Shown here in pieces: positions 17,923 through 26,992 of a stretch of DNA of 32,015 bases; the stretch's first letter is position 1; each line of letters starts with the position of its first letter. This DNA comes from a virus (Duplodnaviria; Caudoviricetes): IMG/VR virus record IMGVR_UViG_3300031922_000060, positions 1-32,015 of that record, one strand, 5' to 3'. The notes beneath the pieces are model-generated. The model searched no databases and was not told the origin of the DNA. It saw only the letters and a list, made by a program, of their open reading frames with translations. Both the position numbers and the translations under genes were made by a program.

Positions 17923-19917
17923 ATGAAAGCTCTATCCGTAGATATTGAGACTTACAGCGATTACGACCTCGTCAACTGTGGCACATACAAGTATGCCGAG
18001 GCGCCGGACTTTGAAATTCTGCTCCTTGGCTTTTCCGTAGACGGCGGTGACGTTCATGTGATTTCTCTCGCCGACGGCGAGACTATTCCGTCCAATATCC
18101 TCGATGCCTTAACTGACGATTCCGTCCAGAAGTGGGCGTTCAACGCCAACTTCGAGCGGGTGTGCCTGTCCCGTTATCTGCGGAATATGGGCGCAAGCCT
18201 CGACCCCTCCGCCGACGGCCACTTCTCCGAGCAATATCTCGGTAAGACGAAGTACCTGAACCCCGAATCGTGGCGCTGCGTCATGGTCTGTTCGGCATAT
18301 ATGGGATTGCCGCTCTCCCTTGAAGGCGCGGGTGCGGTCTTGGGGCTTGGGAAACAGAAGCTGACCGCAGGCAAGGAACTCATCCGTTATTTCTGTTCGC
18401 CTTGCAAACCCACCACCGCAAACGGCCAACGGACACGAAATCTCCCGGAACACGAACCGGGCAAATGGGAATCCTTCAAAGCGTACAACCGCCGTGATGT
18501 GGAAGCGGAACTCTCTATTCAGGAGCGGCTCGCCAAGTTCCCCGTGCCTGATAAAGTATGGGAGGAATACGCCCACGACCAAGAGATTAACGACCGTGGC
18601 GTGGCTTTGGATATGACGCTCGTCAAGGGCGCCATCAAAGCGGATTCCCGTTCCCGCACCGAATTGACCCGGCTGATGAAAGAACTCACTGCCCTTGACA
18701 ACCCGAACTCTGTGCAGCAGTTGACGCGATGGCTTGCCGACAACGGCTTGGAGACAGACACCCTCGGCAAAAAGGCGGTCGCGGAACTGCTCAAGGATGC
18801 TCCAGAGCCGCTTGGCAAAGTGCTGGCTCTCCGGCAGCAGTTGGCAAAATCCTCGGTCAGGAAATATCAGGCTATGGAAAACGCCGTCTGCGCCGATGGT
18901 CGCGCAAGGGGTATGTTCCAATTTTACGGAGCCAACAGAACCGGCAGATGGGCCGGGCGGATCATACAACTGCAAAACCTCCCTCAGAACCATTTGCCAG
19001 ACCTTGAGCAGGCGCGGGCTTTGGTGAGAGACAGCAACTTCAATGCCCTTGAACTGCTATATGACAACATTCCCGATGTCCTTTCCCAATTAATCCGCAC
19101 GGCGTTTGTGCCGATGGACGGCCAAAAGCTAATCGTTACAGACTTTTCGGCTATTGAAGCCCGCATCATCGCCTGGCTCTCCGGAGAGCGGTGGCGTAAC
19201 GAGGTGTTTGCCACCCACGGCAAAATCTACGAAGCGTCGGCGAGCCAGATGTTTAATGTGCCGGTTGACGCCGTCGTTAAGGGTAGCCTTCTCCGGCAGA
19301 AAGGCAAAATCGCCGAACTCGCGCTTGGCTACGGCGGCTCGGTCGGCGCGCTCAAAGCAATGGGCGCGCTTGAGATGGGCTTGTCGGAGGATGAACTGCA
19401 ACCACTCGTCACGGCTTGGCGGGCATCCAACCAGAACATCGTGCGGTTCTGGTGGGATGTTGACCGCGCCGCCATTACGGCGGTCAGGGACAGGACGGTT
19501 ACCGAAACCCACGGCATCTGCTTCGGTTATCAGAGCGGGATGCTATTTATCACGCTCCCATCCGGGAGACGGCTCTGCTACGTTAAGCCCCGCATTGGCA
19601 CAAACCGGTTCGGCTCGGACTGCGTGACCTACGAGGGCGTCGGAGGCACAAAGAAATGGGAGCGGATCGAAAGCTACGGTCCTAAGTTTGTGGAGAATAT
19701 TGTGCAGGCAGTAAGCCGCGATATCCTCGCTCACACCATGCGAACGCTCCGCCATTGCTCCATAGTGATGCACGTCCACGACGAAGTCGTAATCGAAGCC
19801 GACCCAAGGATGTCAACGGAAGTTCTGTGTCAGCAAATGAGCCGGACGCCGCCGTGGGCAGATGGTCTTTTGCTCCTTGCCGATGGGTTCGATTGCCCGT
19901 TCTATAAAAAAGATTAA
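17923..19917 (+). CDS. Phage family A DNA polymerase
   Basis: Exo I DIET, RTGRW, QLQNLP, motif A DFSAIEAR, motif B RQKGKIAELALGYG, motif C HVHDE. Confidence 0.93.
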   Translation: MKALSVDIETYSDYDLVNCGTYKYAEAPDFEILLLGFSVDGGDVHVISLADGETIPSNILDALTDDSVQKWAFNANFERVCLSRYLRNMGASLDPSADGHFSEQYLGKTKYLNPESWRCVMVCSAYMGLPLSLEGAGAVLGLGKQKLTAGKELIRYFCSPCKPTTANGQRTRNLPEHEPGKWESFKAYNRRDVEAELSIQERLAKFPVPDKVWEEYAHDQEINDRGVALDMTLVKGAIKADSRSRTELTRLMKELTALDNPNSVQQLTRWLADNGLETDTLGKKAVAELLKDAPEPLGKVLALRQQLAKSSVRKYQAMENAVCADGRARGMFQFYGANRTGRWAGRIIQLQNLPQNHLPDLEQARALVRDSNFNALELLYDNIPDVLSQLIRTAFVPMDGQKLIVTDFSAIEARIIAWLSGERWRNEVFATHGKIYEASASQMFNVPVDAVVKGSLLRQKGKIAELALGYGGSVGALKAMGALEMGLSEDELQPLVTAWRASNQNIVRFWWDVDRAAITAVRDRTVTETHGICFGYQSGMLFITLPSGRRLCYVKPRIGTNRFGSDCVTYEGVGGTKKWERIESYGPKFVENIVQAVSRDILAHTMRTLRHCSIVMHVHDEVVIEADPRMSTEVLCQQMSRTPPWADGLLLLADGFDCPFYKKD

Positions 19918-19923
19918 CAGTTT

Positions 19924-19978
19924 GGTTGCCAAGCTGCCCCTCATTGTCCTGAGGATGGTGAGGGGTTCCTAACCTCTC
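19924..19978 (+). promoter_or_regulatory. Box plus hairpin element, copy 2
   Basis: GGTTGCCAA-N12-TGTCCTG-A-GGATGGTGAGGGG, starting 7 nt past the polymerase stop codon. Confidence 0.7.
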
Positions 19979-20005
19979 GAAAAGATTATTTTCAGGAGGT
20001 TCAAC

Positions 20006-20776
20006 ATGAATGAATTGCAGGTGTTCTTCTACGAAGGGAACGAAATCCGAACTGTCCGGAAAGGCGAGGAAAATTGGTGGGTGTTAAAAGATGTCTGTGC
20101 GGTGCTGGGACTCAGTAACCCGACCATCGTCGCCGACCGTCTGGACGAAGACGAGCGGGCTAAGTTTGACTTAGGGCGTCAGGGTGAAACCAACATAATC
20201 AACGAGAGCGGGCTCTACAGCGTAATCCTCCGTTCCGACAAGCCCGAAGCCAAAAAATTCAGACGTTGGGTCACTCACGCGGTGCTTCCGACCATCCGCA
20301 GGCACGGCGCGTATGTTACCCCCGCCAAGCTGGAGGAATTGATGAACGACCCCGACGCTTGGATTAAGGTATTGACCGCCCTAAAAGATGAACGCGCGGC
20401 AAAGGAACGATTGCTGCTGGAAGCCCTTGAAAACAAGCCGAAGGTCATCTTTGCCGATGCGGTATCGGTATCCGAAGGTACAATCCTTATCGGAGAGTTG
20501 GCAAAAATCCTCAAGGGCAACGGCATCGAAATCGGGCAGAACCGCCTTTTTGAAAGGCTACGTCAGGATGGTTATCTCATCAAGCGAAAGGGTACGGATT
20601 ACAACGCCCCGACCCAGAGAGCGATGGAGCTGGAGCTGTTCAAAGTCAAAGAAACCGCCATCACGCACTCGGATGGCCACGTCACCATCAGCAAGACGAC
20701 CAAAGTCACGGGTAAGGGGCAGCAGTACTTTACAAATCTGTTCCTTGGCGAAAGGGGCGGCAATGGACAGATATAA
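20006..20776 (+). CDS. Phage antirepressor, BRO-N plus ANT/KilA-C domains
   Basis: WVLKDVCAVL, INESGLYSVILRSDKPEAKKFRRWVT...VLPTIRRHGAY; KPKVIFADAV, GQNRLFERLR, VTGKGQQYF. Confidence 0.92.
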   Translation: MNELQVFFYEGNEIRTVRKGEENWWVLKDVCAVLGLSNPTIVADRLDEDERAKFDLGRQGETNIINESGLYSVILRSDKPEAKKFRRWVTHAVLPTIRRHGAYVTPAKLEELMNDPDAWIKVLTALKDERAAKERLLLEALENKPKVIFADAVSVSEGTILIGELAKILKGNGIEIGQNRLFERLRQDGYLIKRKGTDYNAPTQRAMELELFKVKETAITHSDGHVTISKTTKVTGKGQQYFTNLFLGERGGNGQI

Positions 20777-21188
20777 CGCGAAAGGCTACCCCGACCCGAC
20801 GGCTTATGAAGCGTTGACGGCGGTAGCCAAAACCGAAACCTCTGCGAAGCAGTACCGACCGCTTGTATACGTCGCTTCGCCCTTTGCCGGAGAAACGGAG
20901 TACAACTTATCTAAGGCACGGGGGTATTGCCGTTTCGCCGTGTCCAAGGGGTGCATCCCGCTTGCTCCACACTTGCTCTACCCGCAATTTATGGACGACG
21001 GCGACAAGGAAGAACGGGCACTGGGGTTGTTTTTTGCCCTCGTCCTGCTCGGCAAGTGCGACGAACTCTGGGTTTTTGGGGAGAAAATCAGCAAAGGCAT
21101 GGCCGCTGAAATCGCCAAGGCGAAGAGGCGCAGTATGCCAATCAAACACTTTAACCACAAATGCGAGGTGTTGGGGCATGGAACTTAA
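20763..21188 (+). CDS. DUF4406-like / nucleoside 2-deoxyribosyltransferase-fold protein
   Basis: Start reassigned to ATG 20763 (MDRYNAKGYPDPTAYEAL); VYVASPFAG, PLAPHL, CDELWVFG, SKGMAAEI. Confidence 0.75.
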   Translation: MDRYNAKGYPDPTAYEALTAVAKTETSAKQYRPLVYVASPFAGETEYNLSKARGYCRFAVSKGCIPLAPHLLYPQFMDDGDKEERALGLFFALVLLGKCDELWVFGEKISKGMAAEIAKAKRRSMPIKHFNHKCEVLGHGT

Positions 21189-23565
21189 AATCGCATACGG
21201 CGACAGCCGCCTGTCAAAGCGGTGGGTCAACAAGAAAACCACCTTCGATGAGTTATGCGAGCGTTTCAAGGCTACCCGCCGCACAACCGAGACGGTCGCC
21301 GAATACAAGAAATTCACAAAAGACAAGCGCGACGCCGCCAAGGACGTGGGCGGCTATGTCCTTGGACACTTAAAGGGCGGCAGGCGCAAGAAAGACACGG
21401 TCGAGAGCCGTTCGGGGGTCACCCTCGACGCCGACCACGCCAATTGTAGTTTCATCGACGCCGTGGAGATGCTGTTCCCGCACAAGTGCGCGGTCTACTC
21501 GACCCACAGCCACACGCCGGAAGAACCGCGCCTTCGGGTAGTCATACCCCTTGCACGCGAGGTCACTCCGGATGAATACGCCGCACTCTCCCGGCTGGTG
21601 GCGGAAGTCGTCGGTATGGACTACTTCGACGATAGCACCTATGAGCCGGAACGCCTGATGTACTGGCCGTCCACGCCATCGGACGGGAAATATATCTTCA
21701 AAGTACTCAACGGCGACACCCTCGACCCCGACGCATACCTCTTGAAACTGTCCGACTGGCGGGACTGCTCGCTCTGGCCTACGTCAAGCCGCCAGTCCGA
21801 GGTAATCCAGCGGAGCATCCGTCAGCAGCAGGACCCCCTCGCCAAGGAAGGCGTGGTCGGGGCTTTCTGCCGCGCTTATCCGATAGAGGACGTAATCACG
21901 GCGTTCCTTCCCGACGTATACGCGCCGGCGGCGATGGGCGGACGCTACGACTACATCCCCGCCGACAGCTCAGCGGGTGTTGTGTTGTACGAGGGGAAAT
22001 GGGCGTATTCCCACCATGCCACCGACCCCGCCTGCGGCAGGCTGCTGAATGCCTTTGACCTCGTCCGTATCCACCAATTCCTTGATTTTGACGAGAAGGC
22101 GGGCTTCAAGGCGATGAGCGAATTCGCGGTAAAGGACGAAAAAGTAAAGTTGTTGCTTGCCGAGGAGCGGATCGCCGCCGCCGAAAAGGACTTTGATCCG
22201 GAAGGTGACTGGAAGTCCCTGTTTCAGCGCGAGAAAAGCGGCGTATTGTCCAACACCCTCAGCAACCTGCTCCTTATCTTAGATAACGATGAGGACTTCG
22301 CGGGCATCCGCCACAACCGGCTTGCCAACCAGATATACGGGGATAACCTACCATGGTGGCGGCCGCATTTGCCTTGGAGGGACGCCGACACCGCCCAGCT
22401 TGTTGCCTGCATCGACAAACGCTACGGTACGTTCTCGGCGCGCAACTACGAACTTGCCCTCACCAAGGTCGCCGATGACCGCGCCTACCATCCTATCCGT
22501 GAATATCTTGAAGGCCTTCCCGAATGGGATCGGTTTCCCCGGATCGACAGCCTGTTCATCGAATACCTCGGCGCGGAGGACACGCCTTACGTCAGAGCCG
22601 TTACCCGAAAGACGCTTGTGGCGGCAGTTGCTAGAATCTTCAACCCGGGTACGAAGCTCGATTCCATCCTGGTGCTGAACGGCAAACAAGGTGCGGGGAA
22701 GTCCACCCTATTCGCTAAACTCGGCCAGCAATGGTACTCCGACAGCCTCTCCATATCCGACATGAAGGACAAGACCGCGCCGGAGAAGCTGCAGGGCTAC
22801 TGGATACTTGAACTTGGCGAGTTGGCAGGTATCAAGAAAATGGACGTGGAGACGGTAAAGTCCTTCATTACCCGCGTAGACGACAAATACCGCCCCTCCT
22901 ACGGCCGCGCGGTCGAGAGCCACCCTCGCCAGTGCATTATAGTCGGCACGACCAACTCGGACGGCGGCTTCCTACGAGATATTACCGGCAACCGCCGTTT
23001 CTGGCCGGTTTGGGTATCTGGTGCAGGAAAATACCCCGCTTGGGAACTCGCGGACATAGACCAGATTTGGGCGGAAGCTCTGGTTAAATATCAAGGCGGC
23101 GAGGAGCTGTTCCTTAAAGGCGATACCGCTCTGGCGGCTTATGCTGAACAGCGGGACGCGATGGAGGGAGATGATCGCGAAGGGCTTGTCGCCGAATACC
23201 TCGACGCCTTGCTCCCCGCAAACTGGGACGATATGGATATCTATCGTCGCCTCGAATACATCCGCTTTCCCGACGATCCCACGGGGGTGAAGGGCAGCAT
23301 CCGCAGAAGCCAAGTTTGCGTCATGGAAATCTGGTGCGAGTGTTTCGGGAAGTCCCGCGAGTCCATCAAGAAAGCGGACTCATATGAACTCCAAAGCATC
23401 CTCACCAGGCTCGGAGGTTGGGTTAAGTTCAGTGGCGGCAAAACGGGCAAACGACTTGTGCCGATGTATGGACCCCAACAAGTCTTTATCCGGACAGATT
23501 GCGTGCCCATCATTGCCGATTGGGACATCGGCAACGAGATCGGCAAAGTCGAAAGCCCCTCATGA
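21178..23565 (+). CDS. Phage primase-helicase (virulence-associated E family)
   Basis: Start reassigned to ATG 21178 (MELKIAYG, GAGGTG RBS); N-terminal LDAD and STHSH prim-pol-like motifs; Walker A GKQGAGKST, ELGEL, GTTN, DITGNRRFWP. Confidence 0.88.
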   Translation: MELKIAYGDSRLSKRWVNKKTTFDELCERFKATRRTTETVAEYKKFTKDKRDAAKDVGGYVLGHLKGGRRKKDTVESRSGVTLDADHANCSFIDAVEMLFPHKCAVYSTHSHTPEEPRLRVVIPLAREVTPDEYAALSRLVAEVVGMDYFDDSTYEPERLMYWPSTPSDGKYIFKVLNGDTLDPDAYLLKLSDWRDCSLWPTSSRQSEVIQRSIRQQQDPLAKEGVVGAFCRAYPIEDVITAFLPDVYAPAAMGGRYDYIPADSSAGVVLYEGKWAYSHHATDPACGRLLNAFDLVRIHQFLDFDEKAGFKAMSEFAVKDEKVKLLLAEERIAAAEKDFDPEGDWKSLFQREKSGVLSNTLSNLLLILDNDEDFAGIRHNRLANQIYGDNLPWWRPHLPWRDADTAQLVACIDKRYGTFSARNYELALTKVADDRAYHPIREYLEGLPEWDRFPRIDSLFIEYLGAEDTPYVRAVTRKTLVAAVARIFNPGTKLDSILVLNGKQGAGKSTLFAKLGQQWYSDSLSISDMKDKTAPEKLQGYWILELGELAGIKKMDVETVKSFITRVDDKYRPSYGRAVESHPRQCIIVGTTNSDGGFLRDITGNRRFWPVWVSGAGKYPAWELADIDQIWAEALVKYQGGEELFLKGDTALAAYAEQRDAMEGDDREGLVAEYLDALLPANWDDMDIYRRLEYIRFPDDPTGVKGSIRRSQVCVMEIWCECFGKSRESIKKADSYELQSILTRLGGWVKFSGGKTGKRLVPMYGPQQVFIRTDCVPIIADWDIGNEIGKVESPS

Positions 23566-23712
23566 ATCGGCGTTATGTGGTCGCAATTTGCCCATATGCC
23601 GATAAAGATACTATTAAATCTTATTTTATATAGTAGAAAGAGAAACAGGCATGCGTAACACGCGCGCGTAAGCTATATAGGAAAAATGGGCAAGTTGGGC
23701 AAGTTGGGCAAG
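23504..23712. repeat. Cluster of short TGCC(G/C)AT / (C/G)GGCAA repeats around an AT-rich core; candidate replication origin
   Basis: ATCGGCAA x2 (23527, 23539), TTGCCGAT, TTGCCCAT, TGCCGAT, tandem TGGGCAAG x3 (23687-23712), AT-rich 23603-23640. Confidence 0.55.
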
Positions 23713-23730
23713 CCAAAAACGGAGGTCAAC

Positions 23731-24012
23731 ATGAGAGAGAAAACCATAGAGCGGAAACTCGTCCAAGCGGTCAAGGCGGTGGGGGGTATCGCGCCCAAGT
23801 TTACAAGCCCCGGCTACGATGGAATGCCAGACCGTCTTGTACTCCTGCCGAATGGTAAAATCGCCTTTGTGGAAGTCAAACGCCATGGGGAGGAACCTCG
23901 CCCTTTGCAAGAGGCAAGGCATGGGCTGCTCCGGCGGCTGGGCTTCAGGGTTTATATCTTGGATGACGGGGAGCAAATCGGAGGAATCCTGAATGAAATA
24001 CGAACCACATAG
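23731..24012 (+). CDS. VRR-NUC domain nuclease
   Basis: Start ATG 23731 with GGAGG; EKTIE...GMPDRLVL...FVEVK...RPLQ. Confidence 0.88.
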   Translation: MREKTIERKLVQAVKAVGGIAPKFTSPGYDGMPDRLVLLPNGKIAFVEVKRHGEEPRPLQEARHGLLRRLGFRVYILDDGEQIGGILNEIRTT

Positions 24013-25351
24013 CTATCAAGATTACGCAAAGGACTTCATAGACGAAAACCACGTGTCCTGCCTTCTGCTTGACATGGGTCTTGGCAAAACGGCGATTACC
24101 CTGACCGCCCTTAACGACCTCCTGTTCGACAGCTTTGAGACCCATAGGGTTTTGGTCATCGCCCCACTTCGTGTAGCCCGCGATATTTGGCCGGACGAAC
24201 TCGGCAAATGGGAGCATCTCAGCGACTTGCGGTTTTCGGTGGCGGTCGGTACGGAAGCCGAACGGCAAGCGGCGCTACGAGTTAAAGCCGACATCTACAT
24301 CATCAACCGGGAAAACGTCCACTGGCTCATCGAGGACAGCGGCATCCCCTTCGACTTTGATACCTTGGTGGTCGATGAACTGTCATCTTTCAAAAATCAT
24401 CAGTCTAAGCGATTCCGGTCTTTGATGAAGGTTCGCCCTAAGGTGAGCCGCATCGTTGGGTTGACGGGTACGCCGACGAGCAACGGGCTGATGGACTTGT
24501 GGGCTGAATTCCGGCTCCTGGACATGGGTAAGCGTCTGGGGCGGTTCATCGGGAAGTTCCGTGCTGATTACTTCGTCCCCGATAAGCGCAACGGTCAAGT
24601 CATTTTTAGTTACAAGCCTCTGCCGAATACCGAGACGGAAATCTACCGCAGAATTGCTGACATCACTATTTCCATGAAGTCCACCGATCATATACAAATG
24701 CCGGAACTGGTCACCGCCGAGTACCCTGTTCGGCTGTCGGACAAAGAGCGGGCGCGGTATGACGCACTGCGGCAGGACTTGGTGCTGAAGCTGTCGGGCG
24801 AGGAAGTGACCGCCGCCAATGCCGCCGCCTTGAGCGGCAAGCTCTGCCAGATAGCAAATGGTGCGGTCTACGGCGACGATGGAGAAGTCCACCACATACA
24901 CGACCGCAAGCTGGAAGCATTGGAGGATCTGGTGGAAGCGGCAACCGGCAAGCCCGTCCTAGTGGCGTACTGGTTCAGGCACGACTTGGAGCGGATAAAG
25001 AAACGATTCCCCGTCGTTAAACTGGACAGTGCCAACTCCATTAAACAGTGGAACCTAGGTGAAATCCCCGTAGCAGTTATCCACCCCGCGTCAGCCGGTC
25101 ATGGGCTGAATCTGCAAGCAGGCGGCTCCACCCTCATATGGTTTGGGCTGACCTGGAGCCTTGAGCTCTACCAACAGACCAACGCCCGACTCTGGCGACA
25201 GGGGCAGAAAGACACTGTGGTCATTCACCACATCATCGCCAAAGGGACAGTTGACGAGCAAGTCATGACCGCCTTGCAGCGTAAGGATGCAACACAGACC
25301 GCCCTAATTCAGGCGGTGAAGGCAAACCTCGGAAAGGGGACGGGCAGATGA
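23993..25351 (+). CDS. SNF2-family phage helicase
   Basis: PHSYQ, DMGLGKT, VVDELS, LTGTP, GHGLNLQ, QTNARLWRQGQ. Confidence 0.92.
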   Translation: MKYEPHSYQDYAKDFIDENHVSCLLLDMGLGKTAITLTALNDLLFDSFETHRVLVIAPLRVARDIWPDELGKWEHLSDLRFSVAVGTEAERQAALRVKADIYIINRENVHWLIEDSGIPFDFDTLVVDELSSFKNHQSKRFRSLMKVRPKVSRIVGLTGTPTSNGLMDLWAEFRLLDMGKRLGRFIGKFRADYFVPDKRNGQVIFSYKPLPNTETEIYRRIADITISMKSTDHIQMPELVTAEYPVRLSDKERARYDALRQDLVLKLSGEEVTAANAAALSGKLCQIANGAVYGDDGEVHHIHDRKLEALEDLVEAATGKPVLVAYWFRHDLERIKKRFPVVKLDSANSIKQWNLGEIPVAVIHPASAGHGLNLQAGGSTLIWFGLTWSLELYQQTNARLWRQGQKDTVVIHHIIAKGTVDEQVMTALQRKDATQTALIQAVKANLGKGTGR

Positions 25352-25797
25352 TCGCACTGAAGTACATCAACAAAAATGCGGCGACGATTGCCGCCCTCCG
25401 CGATTACCACAATATGCGGTTTATCATTAATAACACCACCGAGGACATTAAGGACGTGTACGAAAAAATGCATGCGCCCAGAGTCCCTAAGTTGTCCGGG
25501 ATGCCCTCTGCCAGAAACCCGCAAGCCGGAGCAGACAAAATAGCGTCGCAAATTGACAGGCTCGACATCTTGCGGGAACGCTACAATCAGGCCATGGAGT
25601 ACATGTCTTGGTTTGGGCCTGCGTGGTCAAGTTTGACGGACTCTGAACAGCATATCCTTTCCGAGTTCTACATGGCGGACAACCAGAAATCCGGTGCAAC
25701 CTACCGTCTGATGAGCGAACTTCAGTACAGCGAAAGCCACATCGAACGCCTGAGGGCGTACGCCTTAAGCCACCTGCGAAGTAAGCTCTTCGGCTAA
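25348..25797 (+). CDS. Putative late transcriptional activator (RinA/ArpU-like)
   Basis: Last gene before the packaging module; C-terminal LTDSEQHILSEFY...ELQYSESHIERLRAYAL HTH-like segment. Confidence 0.6.
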   Translation: MIALKYINKNAATIAALRDYHNMRFIINNTTEDIKDVYEKMHAPRVPKLSGMPSARNPQAGADKIASQIDRLDILRERYNQAMEYMSWFGPAWSSLTDSEQHILSEFYMADNQKSGATYRLMSELQYSESHIERLRAYALSHLRSKLFG

Positions 25798-25800
25798 AGA

Positions 25801-25844
25801 TGAGGGAATTCTGAGGGAATGTTTGCTTCACGGCATGGTATAGT
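25801..25844 (+). promoter_or_regulatory. Candidate late promoter
   Basis: TGAGGGAAT direct repeat (25801, 25812) in place of a -35 element, plus extended -10 TGnTATAGT (25836-25844). Confidence 0.55.
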
Positions 25845-25867
25845 TGTAGTATCCGAAACTATGGCAA

Positions 25868-25906
25868 GAGCCTTCGCAGCGTTGTACCTGCGAGGGTTTT
25901 TCTTTT
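25868..25906 (+). terminator. Intrinsic terminator just after the late promoter
   Basis: CCTTCGCAG/CTGCGAGGG stem followed by TTTTTCTTTT. Confidence 0.6.
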
Positions 25907-25925
25907 ATCCCGCGGAGGTGAAGCA

Positions 25926-26282
25926 GTGCCCTACAAACCAAAGCGTCCCTGTTCCCACCCTAACTGCCCGCAGCTCACAGAAGGCAGGTTCTGCGCGGGG
26001 CATGCCAAGCAGGAAGCAAAACGCTACGAGCGATACCAGCGCGACCCTGCTACGAAGAAACAATACAACAGGACGTGGAAGCGCATACGCGACCGCTACA
26101 TCGCGGCACACCCTCTGTGCGAGCAGTGCAAGCAGCACGGACGGCTCACACCCGCTTCGGAAGTACATCACATAACTCCCTTGTCTAAGGGCGGCGACAA
26201 CGATGCGAGCAATCTCATGGCCTTGTGTACCCCTTGCCACTCAGAGATCACTGCCCGCGAAGGCGGACGCTGGGGGCGGTAG
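25926..26282 (+). CDS. Packaging-associated HNH endonuclease
   Basis: PCSHPNC...FCAGH; HPLCEQC...EVHHI...GG...NLMALCTPCH; directly upstream of terS. Confidence 0.9.
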   Translation: MPYKPKRPCSHPNCPQLTEGRFCAGHAKQEAKRYERYQRDPATKKQYNRTWKRIRDRYIAAHPLCEQCKQHGRLTPASEVHHITPLSKGGDNDASNLMALCTPCHSEITAREGGRWGR

Positions 26283-26407
26283 GGGCGGTCTTAATCTCTG
26301 CAACCTTTGAGGCGTGCAACGGGCGGGGGGTCACGCGTGAAAAAATACAGGTTCAAACAAGGGATTAAATGGTATCTACCCCTGAACAGGCAAGGAGGTA
26401 AAGGCGT

Positions 26408-26986
26408 GTGGCAAAAGACGGAACGAACCGGGGCGGCCGCCGCGTCCGCGCCGGTGGCAAACCGCAGCCCCTTGCGGAGAAAATCACGGCGGGCAAGGTC
26501 GCGCGGATTTTGGAGGCCCCGGAGCTGCCGCCTGCGCCTCTCCTTGAGGCGAGCGAACTTGACGGCGCGGCAGATATGTTTGGCGAGGATAACCCTGCGC
26601 CAAGCGACTACCTCAGTGCAAGGCAAAGGGATGGGAAACCGCTCGGCGCGGACGCATTGTTCGTCGAAACATGGAAATGGCTTAAAGACCGCGGTTGCGA
26701 GAAATTCGTCAACCCGCGGCTGATTGAGGCCTATGCGCAGGCCTTCACGCGTTTTATTCAGTGCGAGGAGGCCATCAGCACCTATGGGCTTCTAGGAAAG
26801 CACCCAACCACAGGCGGTGCAATAGCCAGCCCTTTCGTACAGATGAGCCAGTCGTTCCAGAAGCAAGCCAATCTTCTCTGGTACGAGATTTTCGACATCG
26901 TGAAGCAAAACTGCACCACGGCCTTTGCGGGCAATCCGCAGGATGACATTATGGAGACTCTGCTGTCGGGCAGGAAAGGAAGGTAG
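26408..26986 (+). CDS. terS: Terminase small subunit (P27 family)
   Basis: MAKDGTNRGGRRVRAGGKP N-terminus; GLLGKHPTTG...SPFVQM; GGAGG RBS; position after the HNH gene. Confidence 0.85.
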   Translation: MAKDGTNRGGRRVRAGGKPQPLAEKITAGKVARILEAPELPPAPLLEASELDGAADMFGEDNPAPSDYLSARQRDGKPLGADALFVETWKWLKDRGCEKFVNPRLIEAYAQAFTRFIQCEEAISTYGLLGKHPTTGGAIASPFVQMSQSFQKQANLLWYEIFDIVKQNCTTAFAGNPQDDIMETLLSGRKGR

Positions 26987-26992
26987 TAGCAA

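Noticed and set aside
18109-18993. 294-aa minus-strand ORF and similar antisense ORFs across the phage genes
   Set aside because: Expected shadows of GC-rich coding sequence.
20388-21177. Long upstream extensions of the DUF4406-like and primase ORFs suggesting frameshift fusions
   Set aside because: Each gene has its own RBS and start (20763, 21178), and no slippery site was seen.
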